A DNA stretch of 64,000 nucleotides from Candidatus Woesearchaeota archaeon B3_Woes (GCA_005222965.1 NJBG01000001.1:896167-960166); one strand, 5' to 3'. Positions 47,037-57,653 are shown, numbered from the stretch's first letter. Numbers and translations are program-made. Notes: a model not told the origin generated them from the sequence alone.

Positions 47037-47888
47037 ATGATAGACACATCTTTTTTAGATCATCTAAAGAAATTTAGTCTAATTGTAAACAAAAGAGTAA
47101 CATCTATTTATTCAGGCCAAAAACTATCAACAGCAGCTGGAAGAGGAATAAGCTTTAGAGACCACAGAATCTATTCTTTTGGAGATGACTTTAGATCAAT
47201 TGATTGGAAAGTCTTTGCACGTACAGACGACCTATACATTAAAAATTATGAAGAAGAAAGAAATCTTAGTGTTCATATCCTTGTTGATTATTCTGCTTCA
47301 ATGAATTTTGGAAAACCAAGATCAAAATTTGATTACGCTGCAATGATTGGTGTTGGATTTGCATACTTAGCAATGAAAGATAATGAAAAATTCCAATTTG
47401 CGACATTCTCAGATAAATTAGACCTATTCCAACCTAGAAGGGGAATGCACCAACTAGCATCAATGGTAGATCACCTAAACAATATAAAAATTGAAGGCAA
47501 AACAGACCTATTCAACACTTTATTATCTTATAAAAATTTAATCGGATCAAAATCCCTTATAATAATTATCTCAGATTTGTTATTTGACCCAGAACAGATC
47601 AAAGATTCATTAATAATGTTAGGAAAGCACGATATAAAATTAATCCAGGTTTTAGATAAACAAGAAAGAAACATTAATATGGAAGGAGATTTTAGATTAA
47701 AAGATTCTGAAACAAAAGACGAACTAAGAACTTTTATAAGCCCAAGACTAGTGCAAAACTATAACAAAATGCTGGATGGACATACTGCAAAAATAAAAGA
47801 TATATGCAATGGTTTAGGGGTAGAATTTTATCAAGCAACTTCAAGTACTCCAATCTTTGATACATTTTATGAGGTTCTTAAAAGATGA
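47037..47888 (+). CDS. DUF58 (vWA-like) protein, MoxR partner
   Basis: FRDHRIY..GDDFRSIDWKVFART, EEE, DYSASM, ISDL. Confidence 0.92.
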   Translation: MIDTSFLDHLKKFSLIVNKRVTSIYSGQKLSTAAGRGISFRDHRIYSFGDDFRSIDWKVFARTDDLYIKNYEEERNLSVHILVDYSASMNFGKPRSKFDYAAMIGVGFAYLAMKDNEKFQFATFSDKLDLFQPRRGMHQLASMVDHLNNIKIEGKTDLFNTLLSYKNLIGSKSLIIIISDLLFDPEQIKDSLIMLGKHDIKLIQVLDKQERNINMEGDFRLKDSETKDELRTFISPRLVQNYNKMLDGHTAKIKDICNGLGVEFYQATSSTPIFDTFYEVLKR

Positions 47889-48679
47889 TAACAAAAAAAG
47901 ATATCAAACTTCCAAAACATAAATCAACTTCACATAAAGGACAGAATGGAGAAGTGTTAATCATTGGTGGAAATGAAGATTATATTGGTTGTCTAGCTCT
48001 AGCTGGTTTAGCAGCATTAAGAACAGGAATTGACTGGATTACAATAGCAGCTCCGGAAAAAACAGCATGGGCAATAAGCTGCCTATCTTCAGACTTAATA
48101 ACAAAAAAATGTAAAGGGAAATATTTCACACTAAAAAATTACAAAGAAATAATGGATTTAGTTGAAAAACACGATGCTATCTTAATAGGAAATGGCATTG
48201 GACAAAATAAAGAAACAAAATTATTCATTAAAAAGTTGGTAAAAAATATTAAAAAGCCAAAAGTCATAGATGCAGATGGAATAAAAGCAATCAGCCTAAA
48301 AGAACTAGATAATTCAATACTATGCCCTCATAAAAAAGAATTTGAATTATTACTAAAAAACACAAAAATTAAAGAAAAAAATCTAAAAAAACACATCAAA
48401 AATAATATAATTGTAAGAAAAGGAAAAATAGATCAAATAATAACCAAAACTAAAACATTCCATAATAAAACAGGAAACGAGGCAATGACAAAAGCAGGAA
48501 CAGGAGATGTTTTAGCTGGTCTAGCAGTTGGTTTTTTAGCTCAGGGATTAACTCCAAAACAATCTGCAATAAACGCAGCATATATAAATGGAAAAATGGG
48601 AGATTATTTAAAAAAGAAAAAAGGATACAGCTTTATAGCATCAGATTTAATCCAGGATTATAAAAAATTATTAAAATAA
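47885..48679 (+). CDS. nnrD: ADP-dependent NAD(P)H-hydrate dehydratase
   Basis: HKGQNGEVLIIGG, VIDADG, PHKKEF, AGTGDVLAG. Confidence 0.9.
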   Translation: MITKKDIKLPKHKSTSHKGQNGEVLIIGGNEDYIGCLALAGLAALRTGIDWITIAAPEKTAWAISCLSSDLITKKCKGKYFTLKNYKEIMDLVEKHDAILIGNGIGQNKETKLFIKKLVKNIKKPKVIDADGIKAISLKELDNSILCPHKKEFELLLKNTKIKEKNLKKHIKNNIIVRKGKIDQIITKTKTFHNKTGNEAMTKAGTGDVLAGLAVGFLAQGLTPKQSAINAAYINGKMGDYLKKKKGYSFIASDLIQDYKKLLK

Positions 48680-48721
48680 GGAAATTTACTAGACCACCAC
48701 TATCCAATACATAAGAAATAA

Positions 48722-48979
48722 ATGAAAAACAAAGAACTATTAGAAAAAACAAACATGCTTAAACCTGTTTTAAGAATTGGAAAAAACGGTTTAACAGAAA
48801 GCGTAATAAAAGAACTAAAAAATCACCTAAAAAAGAAAAAATTAATTAAGGTAAAACTCTTAAAGTCCTTTATACAGAATAAAGACAGGAAAAAAATAGC
48901 AGCAGAATTAGTTGCAAAAACAAATTCAGAAATAATACAACAAGTTGGTTTTGTTGTTGTACTACACAAGGAAAAATAA
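48722..48979 (+). CDS. YhbY/CRM RNA-binding protein
   Basis: LKPVLRIGKNGL...LIKVK...VGFVVVL. Confidence 0.88.
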   Translation: MKNKELLEKTNMLKPVLRIGKNGLTESVIKELKNHLKKKKLIKVKLLKSFIQNKDRKKIAAELVAKTNSEIIQQVGFVVVLHKEK

Positions 48980-48980
48980 A

Positions 48981-50432
48981 ATGGCAGATGATTATTTTAC
49001 AGATATATTAAACTTTGATAAAAAAGCCTATTTTGATAAATATAAAGAAGAAATAATGGAGAAATCCATGAATCAGTATGTATATACTGGTTACCCTGCT
49101 GTTAAAACTCCTGAGCATAGACGTAGAAGCGTATATGAAACCTACACAAAACCAATAGAAGAAACATACTTCTGGATACTCGAACACATGACTACAGGAA
49201 GAGAAGGATTCCCTCTAATTGAAAAAATAACAGATGTTTTTACTGCTGCAGAACAATCCGCATTTTGGGGTCAATCCTCTACAAGATTAGGAGTTCAACA
49301 AGATAAAGTAAGCCAATATTTAGCTACAATAGGCAAGATGGTAAAAGATATGTTTCAGTTGGTGAGGGAATTAAGAATCTTAGATGAAAGAATAGGTTAT
49401 TATGAAGATAGTAATGATAGAAGTAGCAAAAGCAGAGAAAGCGCAGAAATAACACTAAAAGGAATCTATGTAGATATGGCAGAAGGAGGAAGCAAAAACC
49501 CCTCTTCTGTATTTGGTATGGCTCGTGAACTGCAATTTACATCTCTACCAGATCTATTCTTTAGTGTCCATCCTCCTACTTCAAGAGAAGTTGACGAATA
49601 TGTAAACAAACTGGAATTTAATGAAGCTGTTAAAAGAGTTTTAAAGAGAAAATTAAGAAGCTTTATGCAGTGGAAAGAACATACTAGTAAAGAAATCAAA
49701 ACAAGAAAAAAATTTACATTAAAATATATGCGCCAGCACTATGATGTTATCCATATGTATCTTTCATGGATAAGACCTTATCTAAGAAATATCGCAAGAA
49801 TCCTTTCAGAATCAATGGAAAACAAAAAAATAACATCCGCTGATTTAGTTTCAGCATTTGAAGGAAGTTTAATAGAAGTTGAATACATAGTTAGGAGAAT
49901 GCCAAAAAAAAACAAAGATTACTTTGCATGCGTCCTAGCAACATTCATAATGAGAACAAGACCAGATATGTCCTATCACCAAGAAGGATATCGTCATCAA
50001 GGACCATTACATACTGGTAAAATAGAGGTTATAACAAGAAGATATGCATGGACTGAAGAGGATTTTCAAAATTATAAAAAATTAAGAGCAGCAGAAGACT
50101 TTGAAATAATAGGGAGAATTGACAGATCTGTAAAAGAAGCAATGGAAGGATTAGGAAACGAATTACAAAAGTATCTTGAAGAAGCAGGAGAGGAAACAAT
50201 GTTAATGGAAAAGAGAAAAAAAGAACCCAAAAAACAGAAAAAAAAATGGGTTAATAATCTTGTAGGTACATTCATAACTATAAAACCTAAGCAAGAAAAA
50301 CCAAAAAAGAAAACAAAAAAAGATCTTGTAAGAATAGAAAAAGAGAAAAAAGCAGCTGATAAGGCTGGAGCATTCTGCCAGTGGCTTACATATAAAAATT
50401 ATAAAAAATCTCATGGATTCTTATCATGGTAA
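48981..50432 (+). CDS. large hypothetical helical protein
   Basis: 483-aa ORF from MADDYF; overlaps the downstream gene. Confidence 0.75.
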   Translation: MADDYFTDILNFDKKAYFDKYKEEIMEKSMNQYVYTGYPAVKTPEHRRRSVYETYTKPIEETYFWILEHMTTGREGFPLIEKITDVFTAAEQSAFWGQSSTRLGVQQDKVSQYLATIGKMVKDMFQLVRELRILDERIGYYEDSNDRSSKSRESAEITLKGIYVDMAEGGSKNPSSVFGMARELQFTSLPDLFFSVHPPTSREVDEYVNKLEFNEAVKRVLKRKLRSFMQWKEHTSKEIKTRKKFTLKYMRQHYDVIHMYLSWIRPYLRNIARILSESMENKKITSADLVSAFEGSLIEVEYIVRRMPKKNKDYFACVLATFIMRTRPDMSYHQEGYRHQGPLHTGKIEVITRRYAWTEEDFQNYKKLRAAEDFEIIGRIDRSVKEAMEGLGNELQKYLEEAGEETMLMEKRKKEPKKQKKKWVNNLVGTFITIKPKQEKPKKKTKKDLVRIEKEKKAADKAGAFCQWLTYKNYKKSHGFLSW

Positions 50433-50953
50433 AAAAAGAAAACGTTGAAGATGTTAAAAATCTATCTCCTGAAGAAAGGATAAGAAGATTAAAAAGCATT
50501 GAAGAAAAGAACAAACAAGAGATAGAACAAGCTCAAAAATTAATAAAAGAAAGCGAAGAAGAAATCAAGATTGAAGAAAAAATTCAGCAGGTTGAAATAC
50601 CTGATAATAAAGAAGTTAATGTTACTAATTTATTCCAACAAGAAGAAAGTTTAGAAGAAACAGTTGAAAGAGAAAAACCACAAATTAGTGAAGAAGAACT
50701 CAAACAACAACAGGATTATTTGAGAGAACTACCTACCAATCAACTAGAACAAAAAGCAGAATATATCCAGCAAAGAGTTGAAGAAACAGGATATGTAAGT
50801 AATGAACAGAGAAACGAAATAACTAATATGTACCAGGAGTTAAAACAAAGAGAAGATGGACTTAAACAAGGCTCTTATAGATCATCATCACAAAATATAG
50901 AAGAACAAATAAGCATGACAAAAAAAATCTTAGGAGACATGTATAAAAGATGA
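50426..50953 (+). CDS. acidic coiled-coil hypothetical protein
   Basis: LSPEERIRRLK...; overlaps both neighbours. Confidence 0.7.
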   Translation: MVKKENVEDVKNLSPEERIRRLKSIEEKNKQEIEQAQKLIKESEEEIKIEEKIQQVEIPDNKEVNVTNLFQQEESLEETVEREKPQISEEELKQQQDYLRELPTNQLEQKAEYIQQRVEETGYVSNEQRNEITNMYQELKQREDGLKQGSYRSSSQNIEEQISMTKKILGDMYKR

Positions 50954-53070
50954 TATTCCAAACAGCATATCGTTCTCCAATGGATAGAGAATATAGCGGA
51001 AATAATATACCTGAAGTTAGTCCTGATGCTAATATAGAAGAACCAATCATACCAATACAAGAACTTGGTCAATCTGTTACAGAAGGAAGACAATTTGGAA
51101 CTCTGATTCAAACATCAACAGCAGCTATAAGAGCAGGAGCAGGCCAAATAGAACTACAACCAGGAATGGGTGGAGGCGAAGAACCAGTTGGTGCTGAAAA
51201 TTATGGAAAAGATGCAAGAGAGGCATTAAGAGAATTAGCAAAAGTTAATGAAGTAACATTTAGTTCTGTTCATACCCCCCCTCAAATAGGAAACATGTCA
51301 GGATTTAATCCACAGCAAGGAGGATTTAGTGATGAATATCGTAAAAAAGAGATAGAAGAGGTTAGAGCAGCAATACTTTTTGCAGCAGAAACATCACAAG
51401 GAGGAGCTGTTGTAATTCATACTGGGGAATTCCAAAGACCAATGTTTGATGCTCCTTGGAATAGAGATGGCTTGTTTAAAAGTTATGAAGAGGAGCCAGA
51501 GAGGGCTATAAAACCTCTTGTGGATATAAGAACAGGAAAAACAATCCAGGAAGTTAGAATGAATCAACTTGTTCCAAGAGCTGTCTGGAACAGATATGAA
51601 GAAGGAAATGAATTCTGGGAAAAAAATAATGGTAACTCATATCCAGATGACCAAAAAAATATGGTCAAACCAGGAGATTATATTGATTATGAAGGAAATG
51701 TTGTTGACAGATTCAATAGGGTACCCGTATATGATGAAAAAAATAATACATTTGTTGTTCATAGGGAAAAATGGGGAAATCTTGTTAAAGAAGCAGAAGA
51801 ATTGAATAAAGCAAAAAAAAGAGAATTAGGAAGACCTTTAACAAGAGAAGAAACACTAACACCAGAAGAAGCATTTCTTCATGCTACTACAGAAACACAA
51901 GAAGCAATTGCAAGAGGATGGGCTGGAAATTATGGTTCACACGCAAGAAATTATTTTAGATCTATCAAAAAATATAAAGAAGCACTTAAATTCTACGAAG
52001 AATTAGAAGGAAAAATTCCAGAAGAAGAAATGTGGAAATTAGAAAGACAACATACTGAATTTAATTTACAAGGACTAGGTCTAATACCAATAGAATCAAA
52101 AAGACCAACTGAAATCATAAAGGATGCACTTAGAGATGCAAGAGAGGGCTTTGCGTCTGTAAAAGAGATGGTAACTGGTCAGCTTCAATCAGCAGAAGAT
52201 CAAAAAATACTAAGAGAACACGCTGTTAGCGCTTCCAAATACGCTATGAGACAATCAATGAAAAGCTATGCAGAAGCAGGAATAGAAGCAATGCAACAAA
52301 CTGATAACAACAAATACGCACAAAGAGATATATTTGTAGCTCCTGAAAACATATTTCCTGACATGGGATTTGGAAGCCACCCCCAAGAGCTAAAAGAATT
52401 AGTTCAGAGTGCAAGGAAAAAAATGGTAGAATATCTTACTGAAAAACAAATTGATGATCCTGCTGGAAGCACAAATGGGACAGGAAAAGTTATCAAAGTT
52501 GATAATCCTTATTATACTGGAATGAAGAAAACACAAGCAGAAAAAGAAGCAAAAGATCATATTAAAGCAACACTAGATACACAACATTTAGGAATGTGGT
52601 TTAATAATTTTAAACCAGATCCAGGAGAAACAAGACAACAAAGAAAAAAACGTTTTGATAAGTGGTATATGGAAGAAATTAATGATTTAAGCAAAGCAGA
52701 TATCATAGGAAATATACATTTAGTAGATGCTGTTGGAGGAAGCCATCAGCATTTACCAGCCGGCCAAGGAGATTTACCATTAAAAGAAACTTTAGCTTTA
52801 CTTAAAAAAAATGGTTTTAGAGGTACTATTAATTCAGAAGGGCATGGAGAAGAGAGGTTTGGTCAGGGTAGAATTCTATTAGAAACATGGAGAGAATTTG
52901 GAACACCAATAGCTGGTGTAGGTGGTTATGGTATGCCTGGAATGCCAAGTCAAAACTGGGCCAATGTCTATCATGGCTACTTTGGAAGACCTCATCCCCC
53001 TTATTTTATACATGGAGCCTATTCTCCTTCAAACGACTGGACTCTGTGGAGCGAAGTTCCTATGGAATAA
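50950..53070 (+). CDS. xylose isomerase/AP endonuclease 2-like TIM-barrel protein with large insertions
   Basis: SVHTP, VIHTGE, APEN, TLDTQH, IHLVD, HLPAG, NSE metal-ligand pattern. Confidence 0.7.
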   Translation: MIFQTAYRSPMDREYSGNNIPEVSPDANIEEPIIPIQELGQSVTEGRQFGTLIQTSTAAIRAGAGQIELQPGMGGGEEPVGAENYGKDAREALRELAKVNEVTFSSVHTPPQIGNMSGFNPQQGGFSDEYRKKEIEEVRAAILFAAETSQGGAVVIHTGEFQRPMFDAPWNRDGLFKSYEEEPERAIKPLVDIRTGKTIQEVRMNQLVPRAVWNRYEEGNEFWEKNNGNSYPDDQKNMVKPGDYIDYEGNVVDRFNRVPVYDEKNNTFVVHREKWGNLVKEAEELNKAKKRELGRPLTREETLTPEEAFLHATTETQEAIARGWAGNYGSHARNYFRSIKKYKEALKFYEELEGKIPEEEMWKLERQHTEFNLQGLGLIPIESKRPTEIIKDALRDAREGFASVKEMVTGQLQSAEDQKILREHAVSASKYAMRQSMKSYAEAGIEAMQQTDNNKYAQRDIFVAPENIFPDMGFGSHPQELKELVQSARKKMVEYLTEKQIDDPAGSTNGTGKVIKVDNPYYTGMKKTQAEKEAKDHIKATLDTQHLGMWFNNFKPDPGETRQQRKKRFDKWYMEEINDLSKADIIGNIHLVDAVGGSHQHLPAGQGDLPLKETLALLKKNGFRGTINSEGHGEERFGQGRILLETWREFGTPIAGVGGYGMPGMPSQNWANVYHGYFGRPHPPYFIHGAYSPSNDWTLWSEVPME

Positions 53071-53074
53071 ATTT

Positions 53075-53620
53075 CTAAGAAAAAGCCATATCATACTTTA
53101 CTTTTACTAACGCATGATTGAATAATCTATAATATTTGAACATATCTCTGGTAGTTGGGTCTACTAGGGTTGTGACAATCTTTAATTTATCTGCATAAAC
53201 CTTTTCCTCAATAACCTTATTAACATCATCTACACTTATGGTTTCTTCAGAAACAAACCTTATTCCTTTTTTCTTATCATTTGGATTATCATCTGGATTA
53301 TACTGACTATAATCCCACTGAATAGCTAATGGTTCTGCTATTTTTCCATACTCTAATTTTGAATAATCCAAACCTTTTTCTTCACCAAGAGCTTCGTACA
53401 TAATCCTGTCTTCTGCAGAAAAATCAACCCTTTCACCAACTCTCCCTTCCAAAGAAGTTTCTTCTTCTAATACTTCAAGAATAGCATCACTTATCTCTTT
53501 TTGACTATCATCCAAAGAACTATCTTCATCTAATTTAGGAGCATCATCTAATAAATCAGTTTGCCCAAATATCACCTCTGGAGAAACACATAAACAATCA
53601 TCAAAACCCGATATATTCAT
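53075..53620 (-). CDS. acidic hypothetical protein
   Basis: 181-aa ORF with TATA-like box upstream. Confidence 0.6.
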   Translation of the reverse strand: MNISGFDDCLCVSPEVIFGQTDLLDDAPKLDEDSSLDDSQKEISDAILEVLEEETSLEGRVGERVDFSAEDRIMYEALGEEKGLDYSKLEYGKIAEPLAIQWDYSQYNPDDNPNDKKKGIRFVSEETISVDDVNKVIEEKVYADKLKIVTTLVDPTTRDMFKYYRLFNHALVKVKYDMAFS

Positions 53621-53665
53621 AAAAATCTAAACATATAAATAATATATAACTTTATTGGTTTAGTA

Positions 53666-54196
53666 ATGCATAAAGATACATTTGAAAACATAAAACAAGA
53701 GTATGATACTTTCTATAAATCATTTCTAAAAAAAGGCAAAATCCCCTACTATGAAACAGAAAAAGGAGTATGGGGAATTTCAGTAGCAGAATATCTCTAC
53801 AAATTCTTTAAAGAAATAAACCTAAAAAAATATAAAAATTTCTTAGACCTAGGCTCAGGTGATGGAAAAGTAGTTTTAATAGCTTCTTTATTCACAAAAG
53901 CAACAGGAATAGAATACGATAAAAAACTATCTGAAAAAAGCATAAAGATAAGAGATAAACTAAAATTAAATGCAAATTTCATACAAGGAGATTTTTTAAA
54001 AGAGAATTTAAGCAAATACGATATAATATTTATTAACCCAGATAAAGGATTCCATAATGAAACAGAAACCAAACTTCTTGAAGAACTAAAAGGAATTCTA
54101 ATTGTTTACAATTTTATTTACCATCCAAGATTTCTTCAAAAAGGAAAAACATATCAGTTTGATCAAACACCAATAACAATCTATACTAAAAACTGA
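53666..54196 (+). CDS. class I SAM-dependent methyltransferase
   Basis: FLDLGSGDG, GIEYD, GDF, IFINP. Confidence 0.85.
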   Translation: MHKDTFENIKQEYDTFYKSFLKKGKIPYYETEKGVWGISVAEYLYKFFKEINLKKYKNFLDLGSGDGKVVLIASLFTKATGIEYDKKLSEKSIKIRDKLKLNANFIQGDFLKENLSKYDIIFINPDKGFHNETETKLLEELKGILIVYNFIYHPRFLQKGKTYQFDQTPITIYTKN

Positions 54197-54260
54197 TACT
54201 TTTATCATTATAAAATAGTCAATAAACTTATTAAAGGTTCTTGCTGGATTAGACACTATA

Positions 54261-55076
54261 ATGAAGTTTAAGATAGAAAAAACCAGGCATCATAATATTT
54301 CTAAGTATAGGCAAGCAGACCTTCGAATAGCTACTGCATTTGGAAACGAAGTATTGAAAGAAGTTAAAGATTATGTTAAAGCAATAGCACTATTTGGTTC
54401 AACAGTTAAAGAAACCAAACCAATTGTAGGTGGAGAAAAAGATATAGATGTTTTAATTATAATTAATGATATCTCAACAAAAATAACACCTGATTTTGTT
54501 GAAGCATACAGAATCATTATAAGAAAACTAGCTCTAAAACACTCAAAAAGACTGCATATAACAACCCTTAAATTCACAAATTTTTGGGAATACATGAGAG
54601 TAGGAGATCCAATTGGAATAAACATGCTAAGAACATCATACCCTTTGTATGACTCTGGTTTTTTTGAACCTTTACAATCTTTACTAAAAAATGGAAGAAT
54701 AAGACCAACTCAGGAAAGTGTTTGGACATACTTTGCAAGAGCACCAACAACTCTAAAAAATTCAAGATGGCATCTATTACAAGCTACCTTAGATTTGTAT
54801 TGGGGGGTCATAGACTCTGCTCACGCTGCCTTAATGGCTGTTGGTGAAATACCACCTTCTCCTGGACACGTTGCAGACCTTATGCATAAAACATTAGTAA
54901 AACATAGATTAACCAAAGCAAAATATGTTGAGACCATGAGAAAATTCTATAATTTATCAAAAATGATTACACACAGACAAATCCAGGAAATAAAAGGCCA
55001 GGAATTTGAAACTTATTATAGTGAAGCAGAAGAATTTATAGAAGAAATGAGAAAACTAATTGAGAAAAAATTCTAA
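54261..55076 (+). CDS. nucleotidyltransferase (pol beta-like) fused to a HEPN-like helical domain
   Basis: ALFGS...DIDVLII; helical C-terminal half with SAHAAL. Confidence 0.75.
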   Translation: MKFKIEKTRHHNISKYRQADLRIATAFGNEVLKEVKDYVKAIALFGSTVKETKPIVGGEKDIDVLIIINDISTKITPDFVEAYRIIIRKLALKHSKRLHITTLKFTNFWEYMRVGDPIGINMLRTSYPLYDSGFFEPLQSLLKNGRIRPTQESVWTYFARAPTTLKNSRWHLLQATLDLYWGVIDSAHAALMAVGEIPPSPGHVADLMHKTLVKHRLTKAKYVETMRKFYNLSKMITHRQIQEIKGQEFETYYSEAEEFIEEMRKLIEKKF

Positions 55077-55077
55077 T

Positions 55078-56106
55078 CTATTTTTTTAAAAGAATAACAC
55101 TCACTATCATAATCATTCCAATCAGAATAAAAAGTCCGATTATTGGAATAAAATAAGGAGATTTAGTTGAAGTTTCTATGATTACTGTTGGTATTTCATT
55201 ATCTACTTCTTCATCTGTTGATTCATCAACAACTTCTTCTGTTTCATTTTCAATAACTTCTTCTTCAACAACATCTTCACACTCTTTAATCTCTAAATTA
55301 AGTTTTACCTGATCATCCAATTCATCATTATCAAAATATACATTTAATGTTGTCTCATAAACACCTTCAACTGCAAACTGTTCTTCAAAACTTAATTGTA
55401 TATCTTTTTCATATACAGCATCTTTATCATAATCTTTGCCTAATCTAATATTTGTAAATTTCTCATTTATATTAAGATCACTGTTTCTAACTTCTAAAGC
55501 TATCTCATCTTCATTTCTATCACCAAAATTACGCATCTTAATTTGTAACATTGTTTGTGTTGTACCACAACTTAACACAGCAGGCACAAATTCATACTCT
55601 ACAAACCTTACATCATGTCTTTTCTTTTCAACTTCAATCTGCAAATTCCATAAAATGTTGTATCTTGTATTATTTTCTGCGTTTTTACCTTCAACAGTTA
55701 ATATTATATCATAAATATCACTCTTAATAATATCAGGAATAGTAATTGATAGTGTTTTTGTCTTTTCATCACCAGCATCAATTGCAAATTTATCTGTTCT
55801 TGCTTCAATATCAGCACCATCATCTATATTTTCAACACTTATCTCAATTCTAATAGATTCTATTTCAAATTCCTCATCCGTACTGTTAAACAAATTCTCT
55901 AATTTAACTGAAAATTCTACAACATCACCTGGTTTTGCATTCTTATCTATCTTTGAATCATTTTCTAGGTTAGTATCTGTATTTCCACCAACATCAACAT
56001 CCAAATCAACTATAGCAAGCCCACCTATTTCATTAACAGCAAAAACACTATTGATAGATATAGTAAACAATAAAACAACAAATATTGATAAGATAAATTT
56101 TTTCAT
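55078..56106 (-). CDS. S-layer-like secreted Ig-fold protein with a C-terminal TM anchor
   Basis: Signal peptide, KPGDVVEFSVKLEN, acidic linker, C-terminal TM. Confidence 0.65.
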   Translation of the reverse strand: MKKFILSIFVVLLFTISINSVFAVNEIGGLAIVDLDVDVGGNTDTNLENDSKIDKNAKPGDVVEFSVKLENLFNSTDEEFEIESIRIEISVENIDDGADIEARTDKFAIDAGDEKTKTLSITIPDIIKSDIYDIILTVEGKNAENNTRYNILWNLQIEVEKKRHDVRFVEYEFVPAVLSCGTTQTMLQIKMRNFGDRNEDEIALEVRNSDLNINEKFTNIRLGKDYDKDAVYEKDIQLSFEEQFAVEGVYETTLNVYFDNDELDDQVKLNLEIKECEDVVEEEVIENETEEVVDESTDEEVDNEIPTVIIETSTKSPYFIPIIGLFILIGMIMIVSVILLKK

Positions 56107-56190
56107 ATTATAATCCCCTAATACCTGTAATAAAGAACTGATATATAAACCTTATTATTAAAGCTACTTTAGAGTAGTATCTTTATTGAT

Positions 56191-57450
56191 TTAACTCCAC
56201 TTCTCTAAAGCCTTTTTTAATTCTGAATGAGAAATTGCATATTTTTTCAAACTCTTTTTCTTTAATACAGCATCAACAGCCTGTCTTGCTGCTTGTGCAC
56301 CTTTTAAAGTTCCCAGAGGATGGCCATGAATCCCTCCACCCATCTGAATAATTATATTCTTTCCCATCATCTTAATTAAATCAGGAACCATTCCAGGATG
56401 TAATCCACCAGAACAAACAGCAAAAGTTGGTTTTAGATTATACCATCTTTGCTCTAAACAATGAATATTTTTATTTGGCTGTACAATTCTTTCCTCAATC
56501 TCAATCTCACATCCCATAACTTCAGCAGAAGAACCTTCCATTTTTCCAACAACAGTTCCTATATGAAGCTGATCAACACCAACTAATCTAGATAATTTAG
56601 AAATTGTCAGCATTGAAATACCATGTTTAGGATTTCTGGTTAAAGCAGCATGCATTGCTCTGTGAGCATGAATAACCAATCCTAAATTAAGGTTTCTTAT
56701 TGTTTGTACAGCACTCCAACCAGCTGTTAAAATATCAATCATAATGTATCTTCCACCAGATTTCTTTACAAACTCTGCTCTTTTTATCATCTCTTGAGTT
56801 TCAGCAGTTATATTAGGCATGTAAACCTTTTTTTCACCAGTCATATCCTCTGCCTTGTTTCTTGCATCTATTGTATGAATAACCCTGTCTTCAAATCTGT
56901 TAAATGACTGATCTGTTAAATTCTCATCATCTTTTACAACATCACAACCACCAACCCAGGCGTGTTTAGCTACTTGTGCGTGCTCTTTTGCACTTAACCC
57001 AACCTTTGGTTTTACAATTGTTCCAACTAAAGGTCTATTTTTAACTCCTACTATCTTCCTAACACCTTGAATCCCAAAAGCAGGCCCTTTATATTTATCA
57101 ACAATCTTTTTTGGCAGACTTATATCTTCTAATCTCAAATTTTTAAGAAGTTTCATTCCAAAAACATTTCCTGCAACAGCACTTAGTATCTGAGGAATAT
57201 TATCATATTCAAAAAGTTCAGGAGGATAAGCAATTTTTATGTAACTTCCTTTTATTGAAAATACAGTTGGCTTTAATTTTTTAGCAATCTTTGGACTCAT
57301 AGTTACAATACTAGTCCATGTTCCAATAGAAGATTCAGCTGCAATCTGTTCAGCAGCTTCACTCACAGAAATCTTATTTGGTTCAACAAAGTATTCCACA
57401 ATAACATCATCAAGAGAAGGTTTGTATTTAAGATCAATATAATTAAGCAT
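56191..57450 (-). CDS. rbcL: ribulose-bisphosphate carboxylase large subunit, form III
   Basis: AAESSIGTW, GTIVKPKVG, KDDENL, HAHRAMH, HIGT.VGKM, SGG, GGGIHGHP. Confidence 0.93.
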   Translation of the reverse strand: MLNYIDLKYKPSLDDVIVEYFVEPNKISVSEAAEQIAAESSIGTWTSIVTMSPKIAKKLKPTVFSIKGSYIKIAYPPELFEYDNIPQILSAVAGNVFGMKLLKNLRLEDISLPKKIVDKYKGPAFGIQGVRKIVGVKNRPLVGTIVKPKVGLSAKEHAQVAKHAWVGGCDVVKDDENLTDQSFNRFEDRVIHTIDARNKAEDMTGEKKVYMPNITAETQEMIKRAEFVKKSGGRYIMIDILTAGWSAVQTIRNLNLGLVIHAHRAMHAALTRNPKHGISMLTISKLSRLVGVDQLHIGTVVGKMEGSSAEVMGCEIEIEERIVQPNKNIHCLEQRWYNLKPTFAVCSGGLHPGMVPDLIKMMGKNIIIQMGGGIHGHPLGTLKGAQAARQAVDAVLKKKSLKKYAISHSELKKALEKWS

Positions 57451-57653
57451 TCTTCACCTCTTTTTTAATTTTAGTGATTTAAGAGCTATATAAATGTTGC
57501 TAAATTAAGACTATTAAACACTTATTTATCCTCTTGATAGATGTTATACTAAATTGAAAAAGGACAAATTGGTGAATAGGGCAAGAATCTTTGTTACTCT
57601 ATAGAAGATACATAATAGAAACATTTATATCTAATTGTAAGATACTAGTTAAT

